In this document: one piece after another, positions 39,346 through 49,600 of the stretch
How the letters are laid out: each line of letters begins with the position of its first letter
Position numbering within the stretch: position 1 is the stretch's first letter
IMG/VR virus record: IMGVR_UViG_3300046642_000350
Location: 3,432 to 67,431 of that record
DNA: 64,000 nt
Strand: one strand, 5' to 3'
Origin: a virus
Translations under genes and position numbers: made by a program
The notes under the pieces: model-generated
Told to the model about the DNA's origin: nothing
The model's input: only the letters and a program-made list of their open reading frames with translations
The model's database searches: none

Positions 39346-41318
39346 ACGAAATTCCAAACCTCGTCGGGTCGCACCGTCGCCATGCGGGCTTCCTCGTCCT
39401 TGTACCCATATGAGATCATAAGATTCCCTTGGTTCCAGCACATACCGCCTACGAACTCGATACCCCGCTCGTGAAAGAAGAACGGCAGGGAGAACTTGGC
39501 GGTCTTGAATTCCTCGTCATACCAGACGAACCGATGGATGTAGTACCGAACAGCCTTACCCTGAAAATGCCGGGCCTCGTGCGTGATCGCAAGCCAGCCA
39601 TCGTGGAACGGGATAAGTTGCGACGACCCACTGACGTTGTCGGTGGCAACGCCGAGGTCGTGCTTCCGCACCGTAACACCGTTCGTATCCACAACCTCCC
39701 CCGGGCGCCACATGAAGTGTATGCCGCTCGGCAAAACGACAGGAGCCCAGTTCTTCTCGGTCTGGCGCGGCATGCGGAGCATGCGCTTCATGTCAGTGTG
39801 TACAAACCCGTTCTCGCTGGGCAGCAAGCGGGTTAACACTTGCTCGCAATTACCGTCAGCGTGGAGTTGCCGCACCGTGGACGACGACCACAGCAGCCCG
39901 TCCCAGTGTATCAGCCGCATGTCCTCGAAGCCGATAACGAGCGGCCACTCACAGGGCATATTGGGCGGGTTAAACACTTCCGCCGGGTGCCCCCACCCAT
40001 GAAGGCCCATGGACATGATAAAGTTGCGTGTATTTATGGGGTTTTCCCCGTTCGCCGTCCCGTCCGTGCCCCGGATCAGGTACCGCCCTTCTTCGTCAAT
40101 CCGGTAGTTCACGCACCGGATATTCACCACAGGGTACCCGTTGGCCGAAGTAACGCTGGGGTTCATCGCGATCCAGTTTTCGGGCGGCTCGAACGGGATA
40201 CGCTCCCACCGAAACGACGGGCAGAAATGCGAAAGCGGCTCCAGGTAGTGAATGATATTGTCGCGGGCCCCATGCTTTACCCAGTCATACGGCCCCTTGT
40301 TCATCATCAGTTCGCCGCACGTGTCATACCCAATCTGCTTCTTACCCTCCACGTAGAAGGCAGAGATAGAAACTTCCTCCTTCACCCCAACATCGTAAAC
40401 GAAGTTATTGACGAACAACGCATCCTTAGACAACGGCGTATCAACCGCCAACATGGCCGCCGTCATCGCCAGCCAGTTCCTCCCTTTCTCACGACAGTCC
40501 TTCGACAGGTCGTACATCGACTCGGCACGGGAGGGGCGCATGTCGTGGGCGAGCAACAGGTTACCAATAAACCCCGCATCGTCCCCCAGGTCCTTCAAAC
40601 AATGGGCGTAGCACAGTTGTGCGTTCCACACCTCCTCATCCCAGCCCCCCGCCGCCACCCGCTTCTTGTACCACTCGGCAGCAGAGGCATACTCACCGGC
40701 GTCCCGGTATGACTGCGCCAGATAGAACATGGCGCGTTCGTTCTTCGGGTCCTTCTCCAGATCGCCAAGCAGGAGTCGGATGTCGCGCTTGAACTTGTCG
40801 GGCCGGTTTGAACCGTCGGCGTGATCCTTGAAGTACGCCACCTCTTCCGGGATCAGGCCGGCTGTCGCGATATCAAGATATTCGTGGGTTGCTCCACGGT
40901 AGCCCCCGGTAACACCGGAATGTATAAGCCTGCGGTTCTGATAATGGGTAGTCCCGGCAACCTGGTACATATCATAGCTAGGGCCGTCGCGGCTCGCCAT
41001 GAACTTGTCTCTGTCAAGGACGACAAGCTCCATGTCAGCGTCCATGAGAAGGAAGTAATCAGCCGGGTGCAGCAGAGAAAAAACTCTGGCGCAATCAAGG
41101 GCTGCATTACGAGCCTGCGACCAGTCTTCAAAGGGCGCTACACCCACCACACAAGGCAGATCATGGGTTCGAGCAAAACATTCAATCTCCGCTCTTGTAT
41201 TATCAGAACTTCCTGTATCTACGACCGCAATACTCGTAATATACGGTAATGCGCTCTTAAGCATGCGTTCTATGCGTGCAGCCTCGTTCTTAACGATACA
41301 ATTCAACATCAGGCGCAT
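39330..41318 (-). CDS. GT2 glycosyltransferase + TPR + C-terminal beta-propeller-like domain
   Basis: LNCIVKNE, VDTGSSDNT, ARNAAL, DAD, HE; FYLAQSY.D TPRs; NPS, GFEDMRL, EKNW.P, IEF..G, YG..D. Confidence 0.9.
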   Translation of the reverse strand: MRLMLNCIVKNEAARIERMLKSALPYITSIAVVDTGSSDNTRAEIECFARTHDLPCVVGVAPFEDWSQARNAALDCARVFSLLHPADYFLLMDADMELVVLDRDKFMASRDGPSYDMYQVAGTTHYQNRRLIHSGVTGGYRGATHEYLDIATAGLIPEEVAYFKDHADGSNRPDKFKRDIRLLLGDLEKDPKNERAMFYLAQSYRDAGEYASAAEWYKKRVAAGGWDEEVWNAQLCYAHCLKDLGDDAGFIGNLLLAHDMRPSRAESMYDLSKDCREKGRNWLAMTAAMLAVDTPLSKDALFVNNFVYDVGVKEEVSISAFYVEGKKQIGYDTCGELMMNKGPYDWVKHGARDNIIHYLEPLSHFCPSFRWERIPFEPPENWIAMNPSVTSANGYPVVNIRCVNYRIDEEGRYLIRGTDGTANGENPINTRNFIMSMGLHGWGHPAEVFNPPNMPCEWPLVIGFEDMRLIHWDGLLWSSSTVRQLHADGNCEQVLTRLLPSENGFVHTDMKRMLRMPRQTEKNWAPVVLPSGIHFMWRPGEVVDTNGVTVRKHDLGVATDNVSGSSQLIPFHDGWLAITHEARHFQGKAVRYYIHRFVWYDEEFKTAKFSLPFFFHERGIEFVGGMCWNQGNLMISYGYKDEEARMATVRPDEVWNFVCRKK

Positions 41319-41334
41319 GAGGTCACCAATGAGA

Positions 41335-41356
41335 AGGGGCCGCTTTCACGGCCCCT
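41335..41356 (-). terminator. stem-loop between the collagen genes and the GT2 gene
   Basis: AGGGGCCG/CGGCCCCT stem; weak U-tract. Confidence 0.5.
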
Positions 41357-41387
41357 AATAACGCAACTAAAGCAACTATGTCAATCC

Positions 41388-42134
41388 CTAGTAAAAACCG
41401 GTAGCGCCGTACAAACCTGCGGAAAATGTAATAACGCCGTGGTTAATCCACATCGCCCCTTTAACTTGAGGGTCGGTGGTGGGTGCAACATAGATAGTGT
41501 TCTGGATCGGGCCGATGGGGCCCTGCGGTCCCATGTACAGGTACCCGCCAGAGTTGCCCGATCCACCAGTCCCAATCGTGGGTTGCTGGGTGACATATCC
41601 ACCGGTCGGACCAGTTTTCCCGGTCGGACCCGAACAGCCTGTATTGCCAAAGGTACCGGTCAAACCGGTCGGACCAGTGGGACCAGTCGTACCAGTCGCG
41701 GTCGGATTTGCGCCCGCCGCACCAGCGGGGCCGGGAACCGTCGGGCTACCAAGATACCCAGTGCCACCGGTGATACCTGTGTATCCCGTATAACCAGACG
41801 GGCCAGTCATTCCCTGGGGCCCAGTCAGTCCGGCATAACCAACAGGCCCGGCAGCGCCCCTAATCCCACCTGCGGGACCCGTAGGACCCATGAACTGAAA
41901 CGAACCGGTCCAACCGCCTGTCCCAGCGGTAGAAACCTGGGTAACGAAAACCCGCGTTCCACCCGTCGGGCCAGTAGGGCCAGTCGTGGACCCGCCGCCG
42001 GCAGGGCCGGTGTTTCCGGTTGGACCTGTCGCGCTGCCCTCGTTAAGGACCTGCGCGCAGTACGCGAGCACCTGAGGAATGGTGTTGTCGTCGTACGTGT
42101 CAGGAAGCGGAGGGTCAATCGGGAATGTGGCCAT
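41388..42134 (-). CDS. collagen-like protein, paralogue 3
   Basis: YDDNTIP.VL N-motif, Gly-X-Thr repeats, PTTDPQV.G..W...G C-motif. Confidence 0.85.
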   Translation of the reverse strand: MATFPIDPPLPDTYDDNTIPQVLAYCAQVLNEGSATGPTGNTGPAGGGSTTGPTGPTGGTRVFVTQVSTAGTGGWTGSFQFMGPTGPAGGIRGAAGPVGYAGLTGPQGMTGPSGYTGYTGITGGTGYLGSPTVPGPAGAAGANPTATGTTGPTGPTGLTGTFGNTGCSGPTGKTGPTGGYVTQQPTIGTGGSGNSGGYLYMGPQGPIGPIQNTIYVAPTTDPQVKGAMWINHGVITFSAGLYGATGFY

Positions 42135-42135
42135 C

Positions 42136-42714
42136 TTATCCTGCCGAAACGGTTAGAGTGCCAGCGTTCGACCAAATCTGATTAACAACGTGCGGGTCAG
42201 AGGTCGGCGGCTTAAACACGAAAAAGGACACCCCGGTCGGCCCCGTAATACCAGTTAGACCAGGAGCACCGGCCGGCCCGGAGGAACCGGTCGGGCCGCG
42301 CGCCCCCGTGACACCCGTGGGGCCGGTCGGACCTGTTTTACCTGTCGTCCCGCCTATCGCACCGGCAGGGCCGGTCGGGCCGGTAGAAGTACCTGCTACC
42401 GGCGTTCCACCGGTCGGGCCGGTCGGGCCGGTAACCGTGGGGCCAGGGGCACCAGCTGGACCAGTTGGGCCGGTCGCGCCGGTAGACCCGGTACCGCCAG
42501 CAACGCCCTGAGCGCCGCCAGACGACCCTGTGGGTCCTGTTACCGTTCCCGTAGGTCCGGTCGCACCCGCAACCCCGCCAGGGGCACCAGCGGGGCCGGT
42601 GTTACCGGTGGCCCCGCTATAAGTTCCAGCATTGATTTCGTCCACGACCTGCTTAAGGATCGGGCCGATCATATTTGGGTCGTAGTGCGGGGAGACTAGA
42701 ATATTACGGGCCAT
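42136..42714 (-). CDS. collagen-like protein, paralogue 2
   Basis: [14 protein letters not shown], Gly-X-Thr repeats, [20 protein letters not shown]. Confidence 0.85.
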   Translation of the reverse strand: MARNILVSPHYDPNMIGPILKQVVDEINAGTYSGATGNTGPAGAPGGVAGATGPTGTVTGPTGSSGGAQGVAGGTGSTGATGPTGPAGAPGPTVTGPTGPTGGTPVAGTSTGPTGPAGAIGGTTGKTGPTGPTGVTGARGPTGSSGPAGAPGLTGITGPTGVSFFVFKPPTSDPHVVNQIWSNAGTLTVSAG

Positions 42715-42723
42715 GCTGCCACC

Positions 42724-43302
42724 TTACCCCGTCGAAACTTTAGGAGTGCCTGCGTCGTTCCAAGCCAGCCCGGAAACGTGCGGATCAGACGTAGGCGCGA
42801 TAAACAACGTAACAACCGTCCCACTAGGGCCGGTCGGGCCGGTCGGGCCATAGGGCCCCACGACACCGTCAGCGCCAGTGACACCAGTCGGGCCAGTCGG
42901 GCCCGTGTTACCCGTATTACCGAACCAACCCGTCGTACCAGTGGCCGCACCAGCGGGGCCGGTATTACCCGTCACACCGTTATAGGGGCCAGTCGGGCCG
43001 AGCGCACCAACAGGGCCGGTATTGCCAGTCGGGCCGGTATTGCCGGTCGGCCCAGTCATTACGCTATAGCCCTGCGGTCCGCGCGGGCCGTCTGGACCTG
43101 TATTTACACCCGTCGGTCCGGTCGGACCCGTGGGGCCAGGAGCACCGGCAGGGCCAGTGGTTCCGGTCGTCTGGCCGGTAGCACCTGTGTTACCAGTGGG
43201 ATAATTCGCAGCGCCAGTAGCACCAGCAAGTGCCTCAACCACGAGCTTAAGCGTCGGACCGATCTTGTTGCGGTCATAGTTGGTGCTGGAAAGTATCGCC
43301 AT
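42724..43302 (-). CDS. collagen-like protein, paralogue 1
   Basis: [14 protein letters not shown], Gly-X-Thr repeats, [21 protein letters not shown]. Confidence 0.85.
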   Translation of the reverse strand: MAILSSTNYDRNKIGPTLKLVVEALAGATGAANYPTGNTGATGQTTGTTGPAGAPGPTGPTGPTGVNTGPDGPRGPQGYSVMTGPTGNTGPTGNTGPVGALGPTGPYNGVTGNTGPAGAATGTTGWFGNTGNTGPTGPTGVTGADGVVGPYGPTGPTGPSGTVVTLFIAPTSDPHVSGLAWNDAGTPKVSTG

Positions 43303-43331
43303 GGCAGGCCCTTTGAATAGTCACGCCGACA

Positions 43332-44135
43332 TTATGTCGGAGGGGTTACGACTTCGTTACCAAGCCAAAACGGCTTCGGCAGCGACTGCCAAATATCCGG
43401 CGGGAGTATGGTCGGGCGGTCCACGTATTCAACTTTTGGCTTCAAGGTATGCATGCCAGGAGTTGAAAGTTCCTTATCAAACTGTTCTGACCCCGGAACC
43501 TGCTGAATAGCGTCAAACTGATAGTTGTGGGCGGGTAGATCGAGGGAAGCGGTCAAGTCATCCATAATTGCCTGCGGGAACCGTGCCAGGTCGTCGTAAT
43601 TCACGAAAACGAGCCTGTCGGCATGAGGGCCATAATAAGCAGACCGAAGTGCGTTCAGTGCGTACCCAAGAACGCCAGTACCGCACATAACCTCGGATAC
43701 TCGGTCGTAAACCGTAGTATTGGTCCGCGAACCATAGACCACACTAAGGTCCATAGGGTTGGCTTGGAACAACTGCTCGAAGCTGTCCACAATCGCGGCA
43801 GGGGGGCGGACGCAGCATACTATCTTGCACTCTGGGAATAGGTTGGCAAGGAGGGCGATATTGGCTGTCCAACGGCGGTTATTATCTAAAATAACACTAC
43901 CGCGCTGATGATCCTTGTAGTAGTTTGTAAATAAGCCACACAGCATATCGTGGCGTTGCTTCTCAGTTATAAAACTCCTCGACTCATTACTTGGCCCCAT
44001 TGCCCATAACCCCTCTACTACAATATGCCCGAGCGGGGATGCTATAGAAGAATAACAAGCTGGGTTCTGGTTCAGGATAGACGCGAGGAGCGTGGAACCG
44101 GCACGGGGGAGGCCGCTGATAAAGTGATGTCTCAA
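43332..44135 (-). CDS. PAPS-dependent sulfotransferase
   Basis: ISGLPRAGSTLL.SIL.QNP (5'-PSB loop), CVR....I.DSFE (3'-PB), V.YDDL...P. Confidence 0.92.
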   Translation of the reverse strand: MRHHFISGLPRAGSTLLASILNQNPACYSSIASPLGHIVVEGLWAMGPSNESRSFITEKQRHDMLCGLFTNYYKDHQRGSVILDNNRRWTANIALLANLFPECKIVCCVRPPAAIVDSFEQLFQANPMDLSVVYGSRTNTTVYDRVSEVMCGTGVLGYALNALRSAYYGPHADRLVFVNYDDLARFPQAIMDDLTASLDLPAHNYQFDAIQQVPGSEQFDKELSTPGMHTLKPKVEYVDRPTILPPDIWQSLPKPFWLGNEVVTPPT

Positions 44136-46399
44136 CCGCCTATACCTGCACTAATAGGTTTCGCCCCCGCCCCAGGCTGAGAGCCAACCAGGTGAGTTTG
44201 TGGGCCCCCTTGACCTTGAAGGGGGCCCTGTTTCGTGCCCTGGCCCACAGCGGCATCTTGCGAGCCACTACCGTTAGGTTGGCCACCCGTACCGGGCAAA
44301 GTGCCAATGTGCGTGGGCATGCCTTCAGGCATTCCTATCTGAGCAGCAATCTCGCCGGCTGTCAACTCCTTCGTTATCGTCTGGATACCAGCCTCCACGC
44401 CTCTAGCCACGCCCTTCTGGACCTGTTCCATGACTGGTCCCTGAGCCTGTTGCTGCTGTTCGGCCTTCTGCATCTGCTCAAGCTGGTCGTCGGAGGGCAC
44501 AACTTCTTCGCCGTTGAGGCCGATGGTCTGGGACACGGCACGGAGCACGGCACCGCGCCCCTTGATCCCCACGATCTTCTGGTCGGTCGGGTTCATGGTG
44601 GCCTGCAAGAACTCGATCTGCCGCTGGCGGATCGTCTCCCGCTGGATCGCCACGTTGACGCCCAGGACGCTGATGCTCTCCTCCCCGGTCAGAATACCGG
44701 TAGTGTCGGTGAGCAGGATCAGGTCAGATAGTTGGAGAAGCGCGGGTTCGATTACATCGCGGTCGATGTTAGCCGAAACGCTCTGCAAAATCTTTGAGGC
44801 GTTACCCATCAGCATAGCCAGACCGCTGGCTGTCCGTCCGGCACCGCCGCTAGACCCTGACCCACCGACATATTTAGGGATGGCGCTTACGTCATCCGCA
44901 ATCTCTACAAAGGACTGGTAGACCTTGATAAGTGAGTCCGAGTTGCTGGTCGGCATGAAAAACGAGATCGGCGGCTGGGCATTATTGCCCACCGGGTCGT
45001 TCCGTACATGCCACCGCTTCCACGGATACAGGTCGGCATTCGCTTCGTCCGGGGTTATCCGGTCGTCGTTGACGACAACCTGCGGACCCGACGATATCGA
45101 AAGGTTGTTGATAAGAGAGCGAAGCGTGGCGTTGGCGGCCTCCTGCATATCGGAGAGCAAATCCACAAGGGAATTGCCAACAGGGGTACCAGGAACCTTT
45201 TCAAAACTGGTAATGAAATACGGGTGCCGTTGGCGAGGGCTGGGCGATAAATGCGCTTTGATGACATGAGTTCCGATACACCAAACCTGTACGGAATAAT
45301 CACGCAGCTCGTCAGGCACAGCAAGACCATAATCCTGAAGTATTCGGCCTTGGACATTCCCGTTGTACTCCATCATGGTGATCATGGCGGAGCGGTTCCA
45401 AGCCGGATTCTCCCGGCTCTCTAAGACCGCCCGCTCTGCGTCCGTCGTATCCCACGCATCGTATAGACCACCACGGCCATACTCGTCCAGAACCGCCCGA
45501 ATTTCATCCTGGTTGTAGCCGGGCAGGTCCAGGAGATCATTAAGCTCTCCACGCGTGATACGAAGTTTCTCAATAACTTCCGCATTCTCGATATCCGCCA
45601 CCCCAGGAGTAAACCATAGGTCAAACGGGGACACCCGGTTCCACGTCAGGGTGGGCTTCATCTTGACGGACGGCTGGCCGCCGCCCGGGGGCCACGTAAC
45701 CGTGGGCACCACCTTAACCACAGGACCCTTGATAACCGCAAACGTGAATACCGGTAGATCAACCAAAAATTCAGCGAGAGCGTGATAAAACCCGCCAGCG
45801 CGCAACATGTCCTCGATCTTGTCTTCGCTATCGCGGGCCTGCTGTTCCGCCTTCTTCTTTGCCGCATCCTCGGCACTCTCGATGAGAGTTGTCCGGCGCT
45901 GCTCCATGTCCCCACCGGAGGGCGGACGCCCCAGCGTCTGAGCCACCTGCTGGCCCTCCTGCTGGATAAGGGTATTGATTGACTGCATAATCTCCGGGGG
46001 AACGTCCGGGCTCGATGGCGGCCGGACGGCCCACGGGCGATCCTGGGACAGGTAAATGTCCCGCAGAAGGGACGACGCCGCCCGGCATTTCTGGGCGATC
46101 AAGCGGGCATAGATTTCGGACCCGCCAAACTTGCGGATTTCCTGGAGCCGGGTCTGGTCATACTGCCCGTTAAACGTGCGCAACGATTGAAGCAGGCGCT
46201 CGGACCACCCGGCGGCAGTATTCCGGTGGTTACGAAATATCTCGAACCGGCCTTTAATATAAGACGCTAACTGGGCCGGGTCCTGGTCGGGAGCGGGCTG
46301 ATTAGCCGCCGCCTTATCCTGGGCCTGCTGTTGCAGTTGTTGCTCTAAAGCAGCGGGGGGGACAACATTTATAACGCCCGCTTGGCCCAAACCGTCCAT
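44132..46399 (-). CDS. portal protein
   Basis: KGP, VSPFD.W, N...SSGPQV, AGRTASGL.MLM..A.K....V..NID motifs; about 755 aa. Confidence 0.88.
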   Translation of the reverse strand: MDGLGQAGVINVVPPAALEQQLQQQAQDKAAANQPAPDQDPAQLASYIKGRFEIFRNHRNTAAGWSERLLQSLRTFNGQYDQTRLQEIRKFGGSEIYARLIAQKCRAASSLLRDIYLSQDRPWAVRPPSSPDVPPEIMQSINTLIQQEGQQVAQTLGRPPSGGDMEQRRTTLIESAEDAAKKKAEQQARDSEDKIEDMLRAGGFYHALAEFLVDLPVFTFAVIKGPVVKVVPTVTWPPGGGQPSVKMKPTLTWNRVSPFDLWFTPGVADIENAEVIEKLRITRGELNDLLDLPGYNQDEIRAVLDEYGRGGLYDAWDTTDAERAVLESRENPAWNRSAMITMMEYNGNVQGRILQDYGLAVPDELRDYSVQVWCIGTHVIKAHLSPSPRQRHPYFITSFEKVPGTPVGNSLVDLLSDMQEAANATLRSLINNLSISSGPQVVVNDDRITPDEANADLYPWKRWHVRNDPVGNNAQPPISFFMPTSNSDSLIKVYQSFVEIADDVSAIPKYVGGSGSSGGAGRTASGLAMLMGNASKILQSVSANIDRDVIEPALLQLSDLILLTDTTGILTGEESISVLGVNVAIQRETIRQRQIEFLQATMNPTDQKIVGIKGRGAVLRAVSQTIGLNGEEVVPSDDQLEQMQKAEQQQQAQGPVMEQVQKGVARGVEAGIQTITKELTAGEIAAQIGMPEGMPTHIGTLPGTGGQPNGSGSQDAAVGQGTKQGPLQGQGGPQTHLVGSQPGAGAKPISAGIGG

Positions 46400-46450
46400 A
46401 CTGGAAGCCCGTGTCGGATGCACTTGTTACGCCACGGTATTCTAGGTAGA

Positions 46451-46465
46451 ATAACAGATCGTTAA
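46451..46465. promoter_or_regulatory. CtrA-box-like site in the divergent portal/packaging promoter region
   Basis: ATAA-cagatcg-TTAA(C). Confidence 0.5.
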
Positions 46466-46488
46466 CCCCTCTAGTATCAGGGTCATCT

Positions 46489-47013
46489 ATGACCGACGAA
46501 CCCGAATCCATCGCTTTACCCGTCACCCTCCCGTCCCCCCCGGCCCAAATGCCCGAAGGGTGGACCATCCAGCGGGTGGCTGCGCTCGTGCGCGACTGCT
46601 CAACCAACATGTACGAGCTACCGTTCATCCTGAAGACCCACGGCCTGTCCCAGGCCCAGTACGACCGGCTGGCGGCCACGGAAGCGTTCCAGAATACCCT
46701 GACAAGTATGACCGCCGAATGGAACGCCATCGGCAATACTAAACAAAGGCTTGCATTAGAGAGTGCAATCGCGCTAGAAGACGCACTACCTACGCTTGCG
46801 GCGCACCTCGGGAAGACACGGGACCCTACCCCCGCCGTAATTGAGCTAGCGAAATTGTTCGCAAAGATGTCAGGTGTCGGAGAGAATGCCCAGCAAAACG
46901 CCCCCACGGAAAAGTTCAAAATCGTCATTAACCTCGGTGCCGATACTGTTGCCTTCGACAAAACAAAAACCATTGAGATACAGTCAGAGCCCACCGAAAA
47001 TAGCACTATTTGA
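46489..47013 (+). CDS. hypothetical protein, terminase small subunit candidate
   Basis: Helical, C-terminal F.I.INLG strand; first gene of the TerL cassette. Confidence 0.55.
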   Translation: MTDEPESIALPVTLPSPPAQMPEGWTIQRVAALVRDCSTNMYELPFILKTHGLSQAQYDRLAATEAFQNTLTSMTAEWNAIGNTKQRLALESAIALEDALPTLAAHLGKTRDPTPAVIELAKLFAKMSGVGENAQQNAPTEKFKIVINLGADTVAFDKTKTIEIQSEPTENSTI

Positions 47014-47740
47014 TATCGAGACGGCGCCGTCACTAGGGTACTTCTGGGGGAAATTATGGGAAACTGATATTATAAGCGTCCAGTCCCCCTGGTACATGCT
47101 CTCTTTCTCGTACAAATGGCTAGGCGAAAAAGCGATCTACACCAAGGCCCTCTGTGACTACCCGCTCTACAAATCGAATTTAGAAAACGACTTCTTTCTG
47201 ATTAAGGACCTGCACAAATTATTTGACGAAGCCGACATACTGATTGCGCACAACGGCGATAAGTTCGACATCAAGAAAGCGAACGCGCGTTTCATCCGCT
47301 ACGGCATGAAGCCGCCGGCCCCCTGGAAGTCCATCGACACTTGCAAGGCGGCACGCAAGTACTTCTCCTTCGAAAGCAACAAACTAAACGATCTCGGGGT
47401 CTACCTCGGGGTCGGCAAGAAGATGGCGAATACCGGGTTCGACCTCTGGCGCCGTACTATGGCAGGGGAGCAAAAAGCCTGGAACCAAATGAAGCAGTAC
47501 AACCGCCGAGACGTGCTGCTACTTGAACGGGTGTACGAGCACCTACGGCCCTACATGGCCACCCACCCGAACTTGGGGCTCTACCAGGATCGTCCCTGTT
47601 GTCCGGTCTGCCAGTCCATGGATGTGCAGCGGCGCGGGATCATCGTCTCAGCAGCGCGCAAGTACACACGTTACCAGTGCCAGGGATGCGGCGCTTGGAA
47701 CAAAGGCGAGGTGGTACCGAAAATGTTCCGTCATGTCTAA
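46973..47740 (+). CDS. RNase H-fold DEDDy 3'-5' exonuclease with C-terminal Zn ribbon (start uncertain)
   Basis: FDIET, AHNGDKFD, SIDT, YN..DV; CPVC...YQC..CG. Confidence 0.9.
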   Translation: MRYSQSPPKIALFDIETAPSLGYFWGKLWETDIISVQSPWYMLSFSYKWLGEKAIYTKALCDYPLYKSNLENDFFLIKDLHKLFDEADILIAHNGDKFDIKKANARFIRYGMKPPAPWKSIDTCKAARKYFSFESNKLNDLGVYLGVGKKMANTGFDLWRRTMAGEQKAWNQMKQYNRRDVLLLERVYEHLRPYMATHPNLGLYQDRPCCPVCQSMDVQRRGIIVSAARKYTRYQCQGCGAWNKGEVVPKMFRHV

Positions 47741-48116
47741 CATAGCACCAGAAGAACGTGCCCGGCGTAAACGCGAAAGCCACCGTAAAGGCCAGGCGAA
47801 ATGGCGGGCTAAAAACCCTGAGCGCGTTAAACAGAACCAACGCGCATGGTACGCCAAAAACCCTGGCAAGCATGCAGAGTACCGCCGCACACAATACTAT
47901 CGTAACTCCTACAAAATGACAGTAGCTGAAGCTGAATCATTCAAGTCACAAGCGGGGGGTTGCGCAATATGTTTATCAGATAAGAGGCTCGTAATAGACC
48001 ACGACCACAAAACAAACACCATACGTGGAGTGCTTTGTGACAACTGCAATAAAGGAATAGGGTTATTGGGTGACACGCGAGAGGGGCTTTTGCGTGCGGT
48101 AGCTTATCTAAAATGA
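47733..48116 (+). CDS. endonuclease VII-like HNH nuclease
   Basis: Q...CAIC...L.IDHDH....IRG.LC..CN..IG...D. Confidence 0.92.
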   Translation: MSNIAPEERARRKRESHRKGQAKWRAKNPERVKQNQRAWYAKNPGKHAEYRRTQYYRNSYKMTVAEAESFKSQAGGCAICLSDKRLVIDHDHKTNTIRGVLCDNCNKGIGLLGDTREGLLRAVAYLK

Positions 48117-49600
48117 GTAATCTTATCTTTACGGCACCGCCGACGCTAGCAAAGTTCATGAAATCAAAGGCCTTCGGCCGCATAGTCCTCGGCCCAATCG
48201 GCAGTGGGAAAACATCAGCGTGTATTATTGAACTGCTTAAACTAGCTTGCACACAAACACCGGCGCCAGATGGATTCCGTTATACCCGGTTCGCTATCGT
48301 ACGACAAACCCTGCAGCAGTTAAAATCAACCGTTCTTCAAGACTATGAAACATGGCTAACCGCTAACGGCCTCGGCGGCTGGAAGGTATCCGAAAGCTGC
48401 TACCACCTCGCCTTCGATGACGTTCGTAGCGAACATATTTTCATTCCACTGGAGGATGCTAAAGATCAATCGCGCCTACTGTCTATGCAGCTAACTGGGG
48501 CATTTCTATCTGAAGTCACGGAGGTTGATCTAAACGTTCTGGGGCCAATAAGTGGTCGTCTTGGACGCTATCCGTCGGGGGCGCGAGGCAACCCAAGTTG
48601 GTTTGGCTGGATCGCAGATAGCAACTTTCCAGTAGAAATGGGCCAGTGGCACTCATTTATCGAAAACGCCCCCCGGGATGTTCAAATTTTCAAGCAACCA
48701 TCCGGTGTCTCCCAAGAAGCCGAAAACCTAAACTTCCTTACGCAAACAGACGAAACCAAAAAACTACCTATTGATCACCCCGTTCGCATCGCCCAGGGGC
48801 GCCGATACTATGAGCGTCTAGTAGACATCTACGGAATAGAAAGCGACTGGGTAAAAAGATATGTTTTTGCTCAATACGGAGACGACCCAAGCGGCGCTGC
48901 TGTATTCAAAAACACTTTCAAGTCCAGCTTCCATATGGTGGACGACACACTGGTGATCCCAGGATACCCCTTGCTCGTCGCCCAAGATTTTGGTAGAAAC
49001 CCCTGGTCGCTCATATGTCAGCCAGATCACCTCGGGCGTCTACTCGTGCACGAGGAAATACCGGGCATCAACGTAGGATTGGAACTCCATGTCAACCAAA
49101 ACCTCCGACCCCGACTCATGCAAAGCAAGTACCTCGGGACAAAGATCGCAGTCGTGGGAGACCCTTCTGGCGTCGCCAAAGGGTCTATCGCGGAAGAAAG
49201 TTGCTTCGATGCTCTTAAGCGAATGGGCCTATCTGCATTCCCTGCACCGACTAATGACATCGAGCCACGCATCAGAGCAGTGGAAGCGCTCCTTGCCCGA
49301 CAAACGAACGGTGGACCAACCCTACTTATCAACCGCAATGGATGCCCTTGGCTCTGCCGTGCAATGTCTGGTGGATACAGATTCGCAAAAACGAAACAAG
49401 GCGGAATCATGAAATCCGTCCCCGACAAGGACTACGGCGGGGACTTCATGGGCACCAAGGTGGCGTTCTCGCACGTCGTGGATGATCTGCAATACGCCTG
49501 CCTGGTGGCGCACGGCGGCATGATGCCTTACATCCGAAGTCATATGATGCCGCAGCGGGTAAACAGGGGCCCGCGTATCAGCCAGATGGGGTGGACTTAG
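48113..49600 (+). CDS. terL: terminase large subunit
   Basis: GPIGSGKTS Walker A, TRFAIVR, ENL..L, QDFGRNP, GDPSG, SH..D.LQY. Confidence 0.93.
   Translation: MSNLIFTAPPTLAKFMKSKAFGRIVLGPIGSGKTSACIIELLKLACTQTPAPDGFRYTRFAIVRQTLQQLKSTVLQDYETWLTANGLGGWKVSESCYHLAFDDVRSEHIFIPLEDAKDQSRLLSMQLTGAFLSEVTEVDLNVLGPISGRLGRYPSGARGNPSWFGWIADSNFPVEMGQWHSFIENAPRDVQIFKQPSGVSQEAENLNFLTQTDETKKLPIDHPVRIAQGRRYYERLVDIYGIESDWVKRYVFAQYGDDPSGAAVFKNTFKSSFHMVDDTLVIPGYPLLVAQDFGRNPWSLICQPDHLGRLLVHEEIPGINVGLELHVNQNLRPRLMQSKYLGTKIAVVGDPSGVAKGSIAEESCFDALKRMGLSAFPAPTNDIEPRIRAVEALLARQTNGGPTLLINRNGCPWLCRAMSGGYRFAKTKQGGIMKSVPDKDYGGDFMGTKVAFSHVVDDLQYACLVAHGGMMPYIRSHMMPQRVNRGPRISQMGWT

Noticed and set aside
46973-47740. DNA polymerase
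   Set aside because: Only a stand-alone exonuclease domain; no polymerase motifs. A polymerase may lie outside the window
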